The notes under the pieces were generated by a model, which was not told the origin of the DNA, ran no database searches, and saw only the letters and a program-made list of their open reading frames with translations. Position numbers and translations under genes: made by a program. A DNA stretch of 64,000 bases, from the NCBI RefSeq assembly GCF_009914755.1, contig NC_060929.1, one strand, 5' to 3'. The stretch comes from the human T2T-CHM13v2.0 reference genome, Homo sapiens. Positions 13,273-34,140 of the stretch are shown in pieces. Numbering within the stretch: position 1 is the stretch's first letter; every line of letters begins with the position of its first letter.

Positions 13273-16200
13273 TGGTGATCTTTTATTCCTACCATTATCC
13301 TCTAGGACAACATGGTAAATGAAGGTATCAGGTTGGGAGTCGGAAGAATGCATTTAATTAGGTACTTTTAAGGTCTTCCAAGATTGTTAGCATTGACTGT
13401 TTTTGTTTCAGAGAATTTATAATAGGCAACTGTATGTCAGTTTGAACAATTATAATCCCTGTTGCATAACATTATTCAATTTATAAAGATCTGTCACATA
13501 CTGAATCAAATTTAAACTAATCTCCATCAATATTTATTGAGCATGTGCTAGTTATGACGTACAGCAATAAAAAATATAGGCCTTGTTCTTAAGGGGTAGT
13601 TGAGATGGGATAGACTGCCTAGCAGTACAGAGCAGCATATACCAGCGCCAGATGAGTACGGTAGGTGGGGAGGGCTCTGGGGTGAAGGAGAAGCCATCCT
13701 TTATACAGCTATACTCTGAATTTATGTAGGAGGAATAGCTAAGGCCTTGATAGGAGGTTCAGGAAGTTTGCGGGAAGGCAGAATTCCATGTGGGAGTTAT
13801 GCTTTGCCAAGCCTTGTGTTGGTGAGGACACTCATTGCCCTGCAGCCCTCGCCTGTGACAGCTGTTCATTCTGCTGAAGTTCCTGAATCTCAGAGCAGGA
13901 AGACCGAATCCATTTCCTTTCTTTCCAGTTTCTTCTACACTAGCTACTTTGATCCTGGGGGGATGTGACCATACCCCCAGGTGATCTGCCCACGTTTGAG
14001 CCTCTCAGTTGTTTGACGTCTTCATCATGGACGAATATCTCCCTCACTCACTTCAGCCACTGCAGCTTCCGGAGTCTATCTCCAGTTTCACCATTGGCCC
14101 AGTTAGTTCTCCTCCAGAATCAGGAATCAGACGCAGCATTTTTGGCCACTGCCTGTCTTTACCACAATTTTTTAGCTGTTTTTTGTGAACAACTCCTGAC
14201 CAGTGACCCCTCTCATTTTTCCCTGTCTCCTGGCCCTCTACCTTGAGTGCTTTCCTCCCAATTTTTATTCCTCTTTATTCTTCAGGTCCTGCACCTGAAG
14301 AATAGGTGCTGCACACCTCTTTTTCTCAGAGGCTTTCCATGATGAGATTAACTCCCCATGTTGGGTCCTCCTGTAGCATCTGTATTTTCCCTTGGGTAAC
14401 ATTGAGTTTATTTTGTATATATGTAGTTAGTGTCCATCATCTGCCAGACTGAACTTCGTGGAGGCCGAGACAATGTCTATGGGGCAGTAGGTAGGCACAT
14501 GGTAGGTGCTCAATAGATACTGTTCAGTATATGAAAATGTATCCCTCCGATCTCAAACTCAGTGGTGGGGAAGAGTAGAAAGGAAGGAGATGGCAGGTTA
14601 AGAAATGAGGTGGCATTAAAATAAACTGGAGTTGTGGGGGGCTTTTTGTTTTGGTTTTGGTTTTACTACAGAGAGAGCAAGCCTCCAGCTCAAAGCCTTT
14701 CAGCAGGCAGTAGTATCTCTGGAAGCTAATAACACTTCTTTGTTTTCATTATGTTTATGTGTACGGTTACATTTGTCCACAGAACTGATGTAGAGTTTCC
14801 TTTTTAAATAAATGTGAAAGTAAAAATAAAATGAGTTGATTTAAAAGAAAAGCAGAAATGACGATAATTTGGTTCATGGATATAGTAAAAACAACAACAA
14901 CAAAAAAGACAGGAGAAGGAATGAATGAAGTTTGGGAAGTGCTGCCCTGGATGAAGCTATAGGAACTCCTAATCAAAGTTCTGGAGAAAGCCTGGAGCAT
15001 TTTTTCAGCACACTCATAGCCTGTCACCGTTGAGAACCACTAATCTAGAATAAAGTACAAAATTATGTCCTCCAATTGCTGTATATCTTGCAGTGAAAAA
15101 GAGCTTGGAAACTTACATGTCAAGCCCCTAGCACAGTGCTTGGCTGATGGCAGTCATTCAATAAATGTTATTTCCATTGTTTCTACCCATCACCCCCTCT
15201 TAAAAAAGAGACTGTATTCCAAACTAGATTCTCCTACTAACTTGTAGCATGTCGTAAGAAGCAAATCACTGTGCACTGAATCAATTAGATTATATTACTT
15301 CCAAAATCCCCTCTCTGCCTAAGTCTTTGTTTCCTTTAGTGTCCTTTTTGTGCGGTTTTAGGAGGAAATGGAAATAAACACGTTTAGTGTGTCATGTATT
15401 GCCAAAGTCTGAAGGTTTTTTATTTTACTCTGTATACCCCATCCTTAAATTGTAAAGATTTAGAAAAGTATTTGTCACCATTCAACCATCCTTTCAAGGG
15501 TTAATTAATGAAAATTAAATGACATTTGCACCGTATTGTAATTTAGACTTTGAGATATTTAATGGCAAAATACAGTGATTCATTGTTTTTTATGTTCTGT
15601 GATCAAGCAGCCTTCATATAAATATAAAGGAGAGTAAATGTCATTTCCAAAACTAATTATCTTGGTGCTTTATAAGACATAAAGCTAGGCATTTCATCCC
15701 ATATTTTATAGAAATAAAAGTTGAATTTTTTCTTTGAGAGTTGGTGGCTTAAAGGGGGAGTCAAATTACCAGGAAGGTGATCATAAATACATAGACTTTT
15801 GGACTAGGATGTTATTTTGCCTTTTATTCAAGATATTTTGCTCTTCTTTTAAATGTGTCTAACAATCTGTCCCTGTAGTTTTATATTTGCATTTCTACTA
15901 ACTAGACACTTAAGATGTCAGTTCCTCCCTTAGCTAGTTTACAGAGTTTGAGCTAGAAATTTGGTATGCTTACAAACTATTAAATACACTGTACTTTGTC
16001 TCTTCGTATTGGAGAAACTATTAAAAGAAAATTCTGTTGTCTAATGTTCTTGCCCATGAAGGAGGTTCCATAGCTTTAGAAGTCAATAACTCTATTTATG
16101 TGTATGCAGTAAGTGCAGCTTTCTTTCCAGTGTTAAAACAACCCACCTCAGGTGTCCCTGCATTATTTATATGTAACATATCTTCATACTTGAATTACTC

Positions 16201-16857
16201 AAATTTTGAGCTCCATGGTTATGATTATGATATGCCAGTTGATTTACATTATAACAACAGATGGTAATGGTGCAGGTTGAAATAAAAGATCATTAAGATA
16301 AATATTTTAGCCTTCATTGGCTCCCTGTTGCATAAAATTTGTCAGAATGAAATAGAATCATGGCATTTCAGAATTGGAAGAGTCCTTAGAGATTATCTCA
16401 TCCAGTCCCTTATTTGACAGAGGAGAAAACAGAAACCCAGAGAGAATGCTGCTTGCCAAGGTCGTACAGCTAGTTAGTGGCAAAGCTAGGACCAAAATCT
16501 AGGTCTGCTATTTACCAATTCATTGCTTTTTCTGCTGTCTCTGTGTGAGATTTTTAGGTACTGTTCCATCTAATTACTCCCCAATGTCAGCACCAATTAT
16601 TCTAATTAACATCTATTCATTCTGGAACATACGCACTTTCACCCCATTATGAATCTCAGTTGGTTAAACTTTGTATCTGGCTTTCTTTTAGGTTCTCTAC
16701 TCACATCTTTTAATCTTGAAGACTAGAAAATATAACTGGATCTACCACTTGTTTGGAAAATTTCTCTACCAAGCAATAAATTACCCGCTGTGCTTTTGTT
16801 GTAGTGTAGAAGTTTTTGAGTTCTCCAAATCTAAACAAGATTTTGTCCCATTTTCCC

Positions 16858-17152
16858 ATGAAGCTACATTGTTGCTTATTCACTTTAGTGGCAAGTATTA
16901 TTGTGCCAGCTGCTTTTGTTTTGGAAGATGTGGACTTCGACCAAATGGTTTCACTGGAAGCAAATCGTAGTTCTTACAATGCATCCTTTCCCTCAAGCTT
17001 TGAACTCTCAGCAAGTTCCCACTCGGATGATGATGTCATCATAGCCAAAGAGGGAACTAGCGTTTCAATTGAGTGTCTTCTCACAGCCAGTCACTATGAA
17101 GATGTCCATTGGCACAATTCAAAAGGACAGCAACTGGATGGCAGAAGCAGAG
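16858..17152 (+). CDS. MFAP3: MFAP3 exon 2 coding part (signal peptide and first half of Ig domain); exon spans 16692-17152
   Basis: MKLHCCLFTLVASIIVPAAFVLEDVDFDQ... recognised as microfibril-associated glycoprotein 3. Acceptor tttcttttag|G at 16691/16692, 166-nt ATG-free leader, donor AGAG|gtaatt (phase 1). Confidence 0.96.
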
Positions 17153-17443
17153 GTAATTGGTCAGGGTATAATTAATCAAGGTTACTCATTTCCTGTTCTG
17201 TCTTCTTATTTTTTAACACGTTAAACAAAAAGTCTCAAAGATAAGGTGCCAAGGTGAATAGTTTAAAACATTTGAAAGGTCTGGAGTGTTGTACCTATCA
17301 GAAAATGCAAAGTAATTATAATTGTTTAACCAGAAGAAGAAAAAAAAGAATCATTCTAAATTTAAAAGATGTTCACATGATGACAATGAGCTATTTTCTC
17401 TCCTGATCAGTTGGTTTTCTTCTTCATTGAAGGTAGAGTAAAT

Positions 17444-17542
17444 CAGGGCTGCTGCATACAGCTGTACAGGTGGTATACAACACAACTCTGGGAGCACCCT
17501 TCACCTAGACTACTATGTCAGTAGTACAGTGTGGTGGCCCTG
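17444..17542. mobile_element. MER91-like hAT element, internally deleted
   Basis: Terminal inverted repeats cagggc...gccctg; core ttcacctagactactatgt. Confidence 0.55.
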
Positions 17543-17745
17543 TGTGAATACATCCAGAAGGTTTTTGGCTAGACTTAAGAAAATTTGTTATAAATAAAAA
17601 AGTTTTGCTCTGAAATTAGTTACTATAAACTTTAGAGGAAATCCAGGACATTTTTGAAAATGAGTATCAATCTGTGCATAAAACTTTGACGTCAGGTCTC
17701 AGAGAATTAGAAGGGCACTATGGAACTTGTAAGCCCTTCCAGCTC

Positions 17746-17768
17746 TTTTTTTTTTTTTTTTTTTTTTT
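17746..17768. repeat. Poly-T mononucleotide tract (~T23) in MFAP3 intron 2
   Basis: Read directly. Confidence 0.9.
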
Positions 17769-20012
17769 GTATTCTATACCTTAATTTACTGGAAATGAGA
17801 AATTTTTTTTTGCATTTTTTGTTTATGTCTTAAAAATCACATAAACATAGTGTGTTCAAGGTCTACTTTTTGACAGATTTTTATTTAATTTTCCTATTCA
17901 TGGATCTGTGAATATATCTTAATCCAGACTACTCCTAACCAGTGTTCTGTTATAAAGATCTTTTTGATGAGTACTTGAGTTATAATGGACCTCAAAAAGA
18001 AATCACCATGAAAAGCCAAAGGGATGAAGCTTAAATTCTAAGATCCTCACAAGCTACACTTTCAGAAATTTTTTTGTTAGGAAGATAGTGTAGCCTTCTG
18101 AAATAGAAAAGGATATTGGTTATTCATATTAGGCTGGAAAACACAAAAGGAGACAGGTGATACTTCCTTCAGACATATGCACTATTTTAATCTATAGACT
18201 GAGTGACTAGTCACCAAGGGATTGAAGAGTTTGAATTGTTAGGGTATTTTTAATCAGCATGTTTAAAATACATAACTATTGAATTAGAGTGATACCTGGA
18301 ATGTGTACTTTGAACATGATTTGGGGTTCCATATTTGAACCCACTGAACCAGACTCCTATCTTCTCTGGGCTCTACGATATCCTGACCAAACACCTCTGA
18401 GATCTGAATTATTCATTCAGTGTCATCACTGTAGACTGACTGCATAAACAAAGCCTTAGGTTAAAACAAGACCAGCCAAGTGGAATGGCAGTTTTATTTT
18501 TCTATTTTGCCTTTACTTTGAAAACCACTAACATCTATCATTGATGCTTTCAGCAGCAGCTCTGGAAAATTGTATTAAATTTTATGAATCTCAAGTGAGA
18601 GGAGTTTAAAGAGCATGTCAGTCTAGTATAAGGTTCATAAATCTTGAGCTATTATCAGCAAGTGAGCTAGAGAGTTTAGATTGTGGTTGTAGTGCAATGG
18701 TTGATGAATGGAGTCTTTGTAGTTCATCATACCTTGGATTCAAGTGGTGTCGTTTTCATAGCTCTAAGTTCATAGAACAGAAGCTTATGGAAAATGGCTA
18801 TATTCATAACTACATGTTTTCCTCTTTTTGTATTAGTGAAGTGATGGCTTTTAAATATATTAATACCTATAGGATTGAGATAAGTTTGGATGATGATGAA
18901 AATGGACAAAATCCAGAGTGCTTACTAATTTATGTGCCACTAAAATAATCCAGAACCATAGAATCTTGGGGATGAAAGAGATTTTGAAGATTGGGCACTC
19001 AAGTAATGCTTAACAAGCAGTCCGCTAACCTCCTCTGGGACACCTCCTCTAGTCATTGGAATGCATCCCCACACTGCAGGTTAGCCCATCCTTCCCATCT
19101 CTGAATGGCTTTCATAGTTAAAGCACAGAGTGCTTTGGGAATGTATCACAAAAGTAGGAATTATGCAGTCAGAGCCAAGTTATTGAAGGATGTGAATCAA
19201 GATGCGTAGTCAATATGCTTTGCTTTTCTTACACTTGTATACTTCTATATACGTGTTCCCTGAATGAAAATACCTTCACGTGTGGAAGAGAGGCAGTATG
19301 TTTTAGGTTGAAAATGGAAGCATAGGCATCTTAAGGGCAACTTTATTCTTTTTGCCAAGCTTTTCATTTACCATGACTTGTGAGATGTATTTTTTGGCCT
19401 GTGCTTCAGTTACTCTTGCCAGAAAATCAACAAAAGTTTCTTAACAACAACAACAAAAAATTGATATGTGCAAGGCATACCAGATTAGGCAGTTACTTCA
19501 ACAAATGCATTAAATTGCTAGGATTTTTTAAAATAATTTCTTCTTGTTATATAATTTCACTATGGAAAGTGAGCAAACACAGTTAGAAGAAAATAAAAAT
19601 TACTCATAAAAATTTAAAATACTGTTATTTTAAACCATTGTTTTATATTTCTGAGACATACCCTCATAGTATATGAAAATGTATTGGTTGCAATGTGATG
19701 TAGACGGACACATATGTATAAACTATAAGCTTTTTTTATGATTAGTCATTTAGCATTTTATAGACATACCTGTTTCACAGAAAGGCTTTTGAAGTCTAGC
19801 AGTGAAAAGGAAGCTATGTTAATTATTAGTGTCATGAAGGAAGATCTTGATTTCCTTTTAAGATCCAAGCTAATTAAATTCTGACTCTGGACCTCACAGT
19901 CTGCCCTTTTTTTACATGATTTAAACAAATGGTAGAATCTAACAAATCAGCTAAGTTAAAGTACTTTGATAAAGAGGTGGAATATGGATAAGGCAGCGGG
20001 CATATTTAGTAA

Positions 20013-24580
<4,568 letters not shown>

Positions 24581-24671
24581 TTGAAATTTTCTATAGTGTA
24601 TGTTTCATTTGTATGTTTGACGAAATTTGTATGTTTGATGGAACTTGACGTTAATGATTTTAAATGGGTAA

Positions 24672-24960
24672 TTTTTTGGGGAGAGGGTAGTCTCACTCTG
24701 TCGCCCAGGCCAGAGTATGATGGCATGATCATGGCTCACTGCAGTCTCAACCTGGGCTCAGCAGTTCTGCCTCAGCCTCCTGAGTAGCTAGGATTATAGG
24801 TGCACGCTAACGCACGTGGCTAATTTTATGTGTGTGTGTGTGTGTAGAGATGGGTCTCGTTATGTTGCCCAGACTGGTTTCTATCTCCTGATCTCAAGTA
24901 ATCCTCCTGCCTGGACCTCCCGAAATGCTGGGATTACAATCATGAGCCACAGCCCCCAGC
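24672..24960 (-). mobile_element. Antisense AluJ just past the MFAP3 poly(A) site; (TG)n in the linker
   Basis: Diverged Alu dimer. Confidence 0.88.
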
Positions 24961-25719
24961 ATAGGAGTAAATTTGAATTCAACTTGGATTCTAGTGTGGC
25001 TGGAATCCACTTTAACTTTACAAATATTTACACCTAAGCACTGTGTATGTTTTCAGTGCTATGAGCTACACTGAGATGGGTATCCTGCCCACAACGGGCC
25101 TGCAGATACCAGACTATCCTCCCTGGGCCCAAATACAGCAGTTTACTCTTCTGAAGTAAAGCATTTTTGGCAAAGGCAAGAGCTTGAGAAAAAGAGATGA
25201 GAAGATTTGGTACATTTTTAAAGAGCTTGTGATTATAGTGTGTAGTTTATGGTGAGATTTGGCGGGCAGGAGGTTTAGCTCTGGTAGAAGCAAAAGTCTG
25301 CAGTCCCATCAGGGTGAAGAGTGGTGATGGTTAACAGGCATGGAAAAGCACAAGGTGTTAGGAGAACGCAAAGGCAACAGATGGGAGGTGTGACTCATTA
25401 CTTAAATGCCACAGACTCCTTAGAATGAAAATCTAGCCTTTATATCCCTATGGCAAAAGATTGCTGGACTTTAAATCCTGATTTCACCCCTAGCCTTGTA
25501 ACCATGGACAAGGGCTTCAGCCTTTCTCGGCTTCAGTAAAATAGAATTGATAATGCCTACCTCACAGAATTAACACAAGGATTAAATATAGCAACCGATA
25601 AGCAAACACTGATAGCTCTGATCTACCACACTGTAAGGGGCTAGTCATGAGCCGGCGTCAGCTTTGTTAGTAGCCTTGTCCAACTGATGACTATATTTGC
25701 ATTTGTGGTCAACTAAAAA

Positions 25720-26725
25720 TTCCTCCACACCTCTGAGAATTGCATTTGGCTGCATGCCATAGAAACCTGATCGTGGTGGCTTATCATAATAGCTAAGAGA
25801 TTTATTTTTCTCAAATCCAGAGATAGGCAGTCCAAGGCTGGTGCAGGGGCTTAAGAACTGGCATCAGGGACTCGGCTCTTTCTAGACTGCTCTCTATCCT
25901 TAGCATGTGGCTTTCATCCTCAAGGTCACAAGATGTCTTAGTTTGGGTTCCCCCAGAAGGAGCTCCTGAGAAACGGATTCACATGCAAATAGTTTATTTG
26001 GGAAGTGATCCCAGGAAGGTAGGGAAATGGGGAAGTGAGACAGGCAAAGTAAGAAAGCCTACACAGGATGTGTTAATGAGTGGGTTACTGCTGTGGGCAA
26101 CCAGTGTTCAGTCCCGCTGGGGACCTCAGGGAGCTCTCTCTGCCCCAGGTGTATGTAGCTCATGCCTCAGTTGTCCCACCTCAAGGCCAAAGAGCTGGGA
26201 TATTTATCCACCAACTACCATCTGTCATTAGTTAAAGGCTGCTCCCAGGGTCACTAACCCCCACTTTCAGACTGCATTCTACAGGCTCAGCATGATTCTG
26301 TAGCTAGCAAAAGGCCTCGGGTAGAGAAAAGGAGTTTTCAACAGGAAGCCTGTGGTAAATAGAATGGTGACTGTCAACGAATAATGGGCAGAGCACTGAC
26401 AGCACCTGCTACATAGGACGACTGTTTTACCTCCAGTATCGTGTCTGCATTCCAGACAGGGAGAAGGGTAGAAGGTCAAAGGACAAAGGACACAGCAGCT
26501 GAGTTTGTACCTTTTTATCGAGAAAGTGATAGCTTTCCCGAAGCCTCAACCAACTTCTGCTATGCGGCGGCCAGAACTAGGAGACATGGCTACCTGCTGT
26601 AACTAAGAAAGCTTGCGGAGAGGAGCGTGTTTATTTTTAACTGGACACATTGTCCCAAAGTTTGGGCTTCTGTAATTAAGAAAGGAGGAAAAATGGAGGT
26701 TGTGGGTAACAAGCAGTGTGTGACA
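25720..26725 (-). mobile_element. MLT1J-like LTR interrupted by an ERVL LTR (LTR16/LTR33-like, 25934-26413)
   Basis: MLT1 text breaks at ggtcacaaga| and resumes after ctaca|. Inner element has TG...CA ends and starts tgtcttagtttgggttccccc. Confidence 0.65.
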
Positions 26726-27470
26726 AGGTCAGCTTCACATGAATGACAGGAGCAAAACGTGGTTCTGTGGTGGATAAAATTGCAAACCATGTTCCTTGAA
26801 GATGATCACATACATGAACAAAACAAGAATCAGAAGCAGTAAGTGCTAGGCTAAATCTTCAAGTCATCATTTCTGTTGTCTCCAGTACACGTAGCTCAAA
26901 CCGCAGACAGGTTATCAGATTCTGCTGGGGCATAGTTGGCTTTTCTTAACCTATTTATTCATGAACAGGTATTTGCTGACACCTGCTATGTGCCAAGTGT
27001 TCTTCCATGAGCCAGGGACTCCACAGTGACAGAGTGACTGGCAGTGTATATCTATTCACTGGGGTCAGAAAACCCCCTTCGAAAAGGGCATTGTGCTGAG
27101 ACCCAAATTATGAGGACCCAGACATTCAAAAGTTAGGAGGGGTACTCCAGGCAGAGGAAAGAGCAATGGCAAGGTCGGCCTTTTGGAGGAACAGAAGAAG
27201 TAGGCCAGTGTGTCTAGTGAAGGGAGACAGTCACAGAAGCAGGCAGGGGGGCAAAAATATGGTAAGAAGATTTCAAAGCTCCTTTTGGCTGGCCCCAGAA
27301 ATACATTTCTTAGAAGAAATGCTAGAAGTACCTAATTTGGAACAGAAGATTTACATATTTGGTGGGGAAAGTTTGATCATTCAAAGAGTACTCTTAGTTT
27401 TTATTCCTAAAGTCATCTGCAGCTAAAAAAAAAAAAAAAGAAAAAAGAAAAAAAAAATTTGCGCTGATTC

Positions 27471-27790
27471 CCTTTTTCTTCTTCTTCTTTTTTTTTTTTT
27501 TTTTTCTTTTTCTTTTTTTGAGATGGAGTCTCACTCTGTCGCCCAGACTGGAGTGCAATGGTGCGATCTCAGCTCTCTGCAACCTCCACCTCCCCAGTTC
27601 AAGCAATTCTCCTGCCTGTAGCTGGGACTACAGGTGCATACCATCACACCCAGCTAATTTTTGTATTTTTAGCAGAGACAGGGTTTCAACGTGTCGGCCA
27701 GGCTGGTCTTGAACTCCAGACCTCCAGTGATCCGCCCACCTCTGCCTCCCAAAGTGCTGGGATTATAGGTATGAGCTACTGCACCTGGCC
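27471..27790 (-). mobile_element. Antisense AluS with long T/CTT tail
   Basis: Full dimer. Confidence 0.93.
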
Positions 27791-29214
27791 CTAATTTTCT
27801 TTAAGGAATTAAACTCCTTCAGAGTCCCTTAAATTCCAATCATTCTCTTGAGTTTTCATGTTTTTGCTGGAACCTATTGATTAGGAAATATATATATGTA
27901 AATACACATATGTCACTCCATCTGCCTAGAGGATCCAAGGCTGCTGCCAGCATGCTTATTCTTCCTGACAGTTGGGAACACTCTGCTTTGCCTCCAACTC
28001 AGCTATGCCATAGGGAGGACTCGAGTGTCCTAAGTGATGATAAATCAGCCTTTAAGGGGCCTCATTCAGATAGAAGAGCCACCCTCTGGGAAGTAGTTTG
28101 TCCGTAAGCAGAAGGGAGTTCATCAGAAGACACTCCCGCTCATGTAGCAGTTTTTCATTGTGGATTTCAGTCTTCTTTCAGAAGCTGTAAGCACACAATT
28201 GGACCATTCCTGAGGCCACTGTTCTAAAGCCCCTTCGTCCTTTGAACACCTAAGCTCACATGTATTCATTTAATTTTTAGCAGTTGTTTGTTGCACCCAA
28301 ACTGGGAACACTAACTGCAAGCACAACTAAACATGGTCTCTGCTCTTTGGGGACTTACATCCTATGGGAAAGCAGATCCAATTCACATAGTGACATGGAG
28401 TGTATAGTTTAAAACTGAGCAGTGTGCTAAAGGAAACGATTCTATAGGCGCCTAGAACAAAAGAGCCTCATCTAGGTCAAAGAAGAATTCCCTGAAGAGG
28501 TGATACTTAACGCAACAGGGATTATTTGAGGGCTTATGTTCCTAGCCATGAGCCCGATCTATGGATTTAAGTCAGATCCTGCCTAGAATGAATTTACAGA
28601 CCAGTTGAGAAAATAAGATGTTCCTGTCATAAACCATCTGAAAGAGTCAGTGTATCAAGTGCTAAATGGATTAGTGCTGGAAAATAAATGCAAGAGGACT
28701 TAAAGATGAAAAGAGTATGTGAGCAGAGAATGGGCAATGCTTTGTGGACTAGGTGAGATTTGAGCTAGACATGGAAGGATGAATTAGTCATGGATGCAGA
28801 AGGAAAGGTGTTAATCTGATCATGGAAATCAGAAATCTTCAATGTTGCCCTGTTCTCTAAGCAGGAAAAATATAATTCTTTGGCCCTCCAAGATCTGTTC
28901 TCATCCTATCTTACCAAATTTATCTTTTGAAGATCCTCCCCAGTCCCTTGCAAATACCTTAACGTATTCTACATTTTCCATTAGAATTGTCTTCTCCTTA
29001 ACAATTTTTTAGCAACTTGACAAGATGGCATCATATATTAGTCATCTATTTTTGTAGATTCTGTATCTTAGGGCACCTTTCATATAGAAAAGACAATGTT
29101 TGCTGCATTTAATGGAACGGAAGGAGTGAACTTGTTCTGTGGTCTATGACTATGTCCATCAGTTGATGTGAGAATTAAGAATGAAGGCTTGGGAGGTATG
29201 GCCACCACTTCTCC

Positions 29215-30700
<1,486 letters not shown>

Positions 30701-30931
30701 TCATCAGATGTAGTGGATGGGTCAATACTGATAAATTATGTGAAATTAAGGAAATCACTTAGCATCTAGGCCTCAATGTACCTCTTTACTTGATGAAGAT
30801 GAAGGTAATATACTACTTGCTTTCTGGAACACAAAGGAAGTAGGTAAGAAAATAAAAGACTGAAGAGTTTACCACTTTTTTTTGAGAAAAATATTGGAAT
30901 TTATGGGCAAGCCATTTGAAAATGGCAATGA

Positions 30932-31583
<652 letters not shown>

Positions 31584-33559
31584 TCATTTATTTTCTTATC
31601 CATGAACCTCCTGGGGACTGAATAAAATGGAGAAAAATAAAATTACCCATATACAATGTAAAAATTTATAAATACAGCTTACATTAATTCAAATACAGTA
31701 ACATTTTATCTGGCATCAATAGGTATTTTGCTAAATGTTTTGTTTTTTTTTCAGATAGTTAGTATTCCCATTGGAAGAAGACATTTTTCCATTTGAACAT
31801 TTTAACAGAAATAGTTTTCCAGTGAATTTCAGTACCACCTTCTCTGGCAACATACTGAACAGAGCCTTTGTCGATAACTTGGGGACATCATTATAAACAT
31901 ATGTTATTATGTCTGGGTATAAAATAGTGAGAAGCTCTGCAATCATAGATGTGTGAAACTATTAGGCTTTCTAAGCTCTTATGTGTATTGTATAGGTTTT
32001 CCTCTCCTCTCGTTTATTTAACCAACAACTATTAATAGGGCACCTAGCACATGCCAGGCTGGTTGCTGACAACTAAACCCAGAGTAATAAATGTAGTCCC
32101 TGCCCTTCTGGAGGCCAGAATCTTCTGGGGAAGACATGTCATGATCAAGTAAGTACAAGTGTTAGAAGAGTCTCAAAGGCCTACCCAGGGGCTTGCAAAA
32201 AGCCTCTGCAAAGAAGCAGTCTTTTAGCTGATTCCTGTGAAGGAGATGCTCAGGGGAAGAATGTTCCAAGCAGATGTAAAAGCATGTACAAAGTCTATAA
32301 AAGCTAAGAGCCAAGGTGCTGGTGCATTTGAGCAGACAAAAGAAGACCAGCATGGCTCCCGATATTGCAGAGAGGGCCAGAGCCAATTGCAGAGCCCCCT
32401 CATAAGCTGAGGCTAGGAATTTATCTTCATTCTAAGAACAAATTAAATGGTTTTAAAGAGAGGAGTTACATGATCAGTGTTGCACTTCAAAATATATGTT
32501 AGAAGAAAGCTAAAGAACTAACAAACCTTTGCTTTCACATATATTTTTGGTTTAGATGAAGTTAAAGTAAGTGGTGCCTCAGTAACCCACCTTTCATAGA
32601 CTATGGAATTAACAGATGGTGCTCAAGGACATGGGAAAAGGGCAAAAATAAAAGGGAGTATTCAGGTTAGGGGAGTGCCAGTTTCAGAAAGGAACCTCAT
32701 TATTGGAGTTCTGTTACATTACTGGACATGTAATATCCTCAATTAAATTCCACTCAACATTGTCCAAGACACCTATATACATATGGAAGATCTAAGGGGA
32801 AGATGGTTAGGGTGAAAGAACTCGCACTGGGAATGGATACCTGAGTCCTAGGCTCACCTTGGCCACTACTGGTAGACTAAGATGATGCCTAGGGGACCCT
32901 CCCCTCTCTAGAATGCTGAAATGCACATACATTATTAGCAGGTAGGAGGGTCAAAGGAGGACTCCCCCACCTGCTCACCAAGCGACCTTAGACAAGTTTT
33001 TACTACTTTATCACTTCACTTATTTGTGAAAATCCTATCTCATCAGGTTGTTGTGAGGGCTAAAATGCCAGGCTCTGAGAAAGCAATCAGTAAACATTAG
33101 GATCACTCTGTGACTGTATAGCTTACTATCTAATGGCTCACACATTAGCACTAAGGCAGGAGAAAGTATTTGGAAATGAATGTTTCCTTAAGAGAAAAAG
33201 AGGCCTCTTGCAAATTAAGAATTCATGTTACATATTACATTTTTCTGTATCCTTTTGAGACTTGGTAACATTTTGGGAAGCATCTTGCACCACCCATCTG
33301 CCCAACATTTGCTCTCTGGAATATCTTTCCTCTAACAGCTTGGCCAACTCCACTTTGAATGTGTTCAGTGCTGCTATCCCTGGTCTATTCTGAGCATGTT
33401 ATTAACCTGAGCTTTCATGTATCAGTATACATTATGCTAACAGCCAACTTCTTAAAAATTTCTGAGCATCAGTGCAGAAATAAGCTTGGGTGGTTTCTTT
33501 GTGGTCTCTTTGCAGCCCCCAGGGATATTAATGACAAGTCACATACCCTCTAAATTCTT

Positions 33560-34140
33560 ATTATTTTTAAATAACTCAGTTTAAAATTATAAATTTAATC
33601 CATGCACATTGTTTAAAAATATGAACAGTGTAGAAGGTTTTTAGGTTAAAAAAGAAACACTCTTTTCTTTGCCTCCCACCTCCGGCTCCCTAGTTATACT
33701 ACCCATATATTCAGTATTTTATGCATCCTTCCAGGAATTTTCTCCCTCCCTTCCTTCCTTCCTTTCTATATATATTCTCCATAACTGTCTTTATTTTACA
33801 CAAATAATATACCATCTTTACTTCCCACCTCCCTTCCTGTATATATTCTATATAATTGTATTTTTATAAAAATGTGACTGTACTCTACAGATCCTATATC
33901 TTGGACTTTTTTACATACCAGTACCCACAGATCTGCCTCATTCTTTTGAGTCTTTTGAGTGACTTGCTGGGATTCCATTAATGGAATGTACCCTTTAGCC
34001 AACCCCTCTTGATGGACATTGTGGATGTTTGTTTCCAATCTTTTGCTTTTACAAACATCTCTGCAACAAACATCTCTGGAGATATGTCACTGCACACTTG
34101 AAGTAGTTTATCTGCAAGATAAGTTCTTCAAAGTTTGAAA
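33560..34140 (-). mobile_element. Degenerate L1ME-type fragment
   Basis: gatggacatt...gtttccaatcttttgct matches the antisense L1 ORF2 end. Confidence 0.6.

Noticed and set aside
16816-16857. N-terminal extension MSSPNLNKILSHFP of the MFAP3 ORF
   Set aside because: Starts at TTG, an artefact of the ORF caller. The ATG at 16858 directly begins the signal peptide.
18873-18948. Possible alternative MFAP3 exon after cctatag| giving ...GRSRGLR-stop
   Set aside because: Weak polypyrimidine tract; cannot be supported without transcript data.
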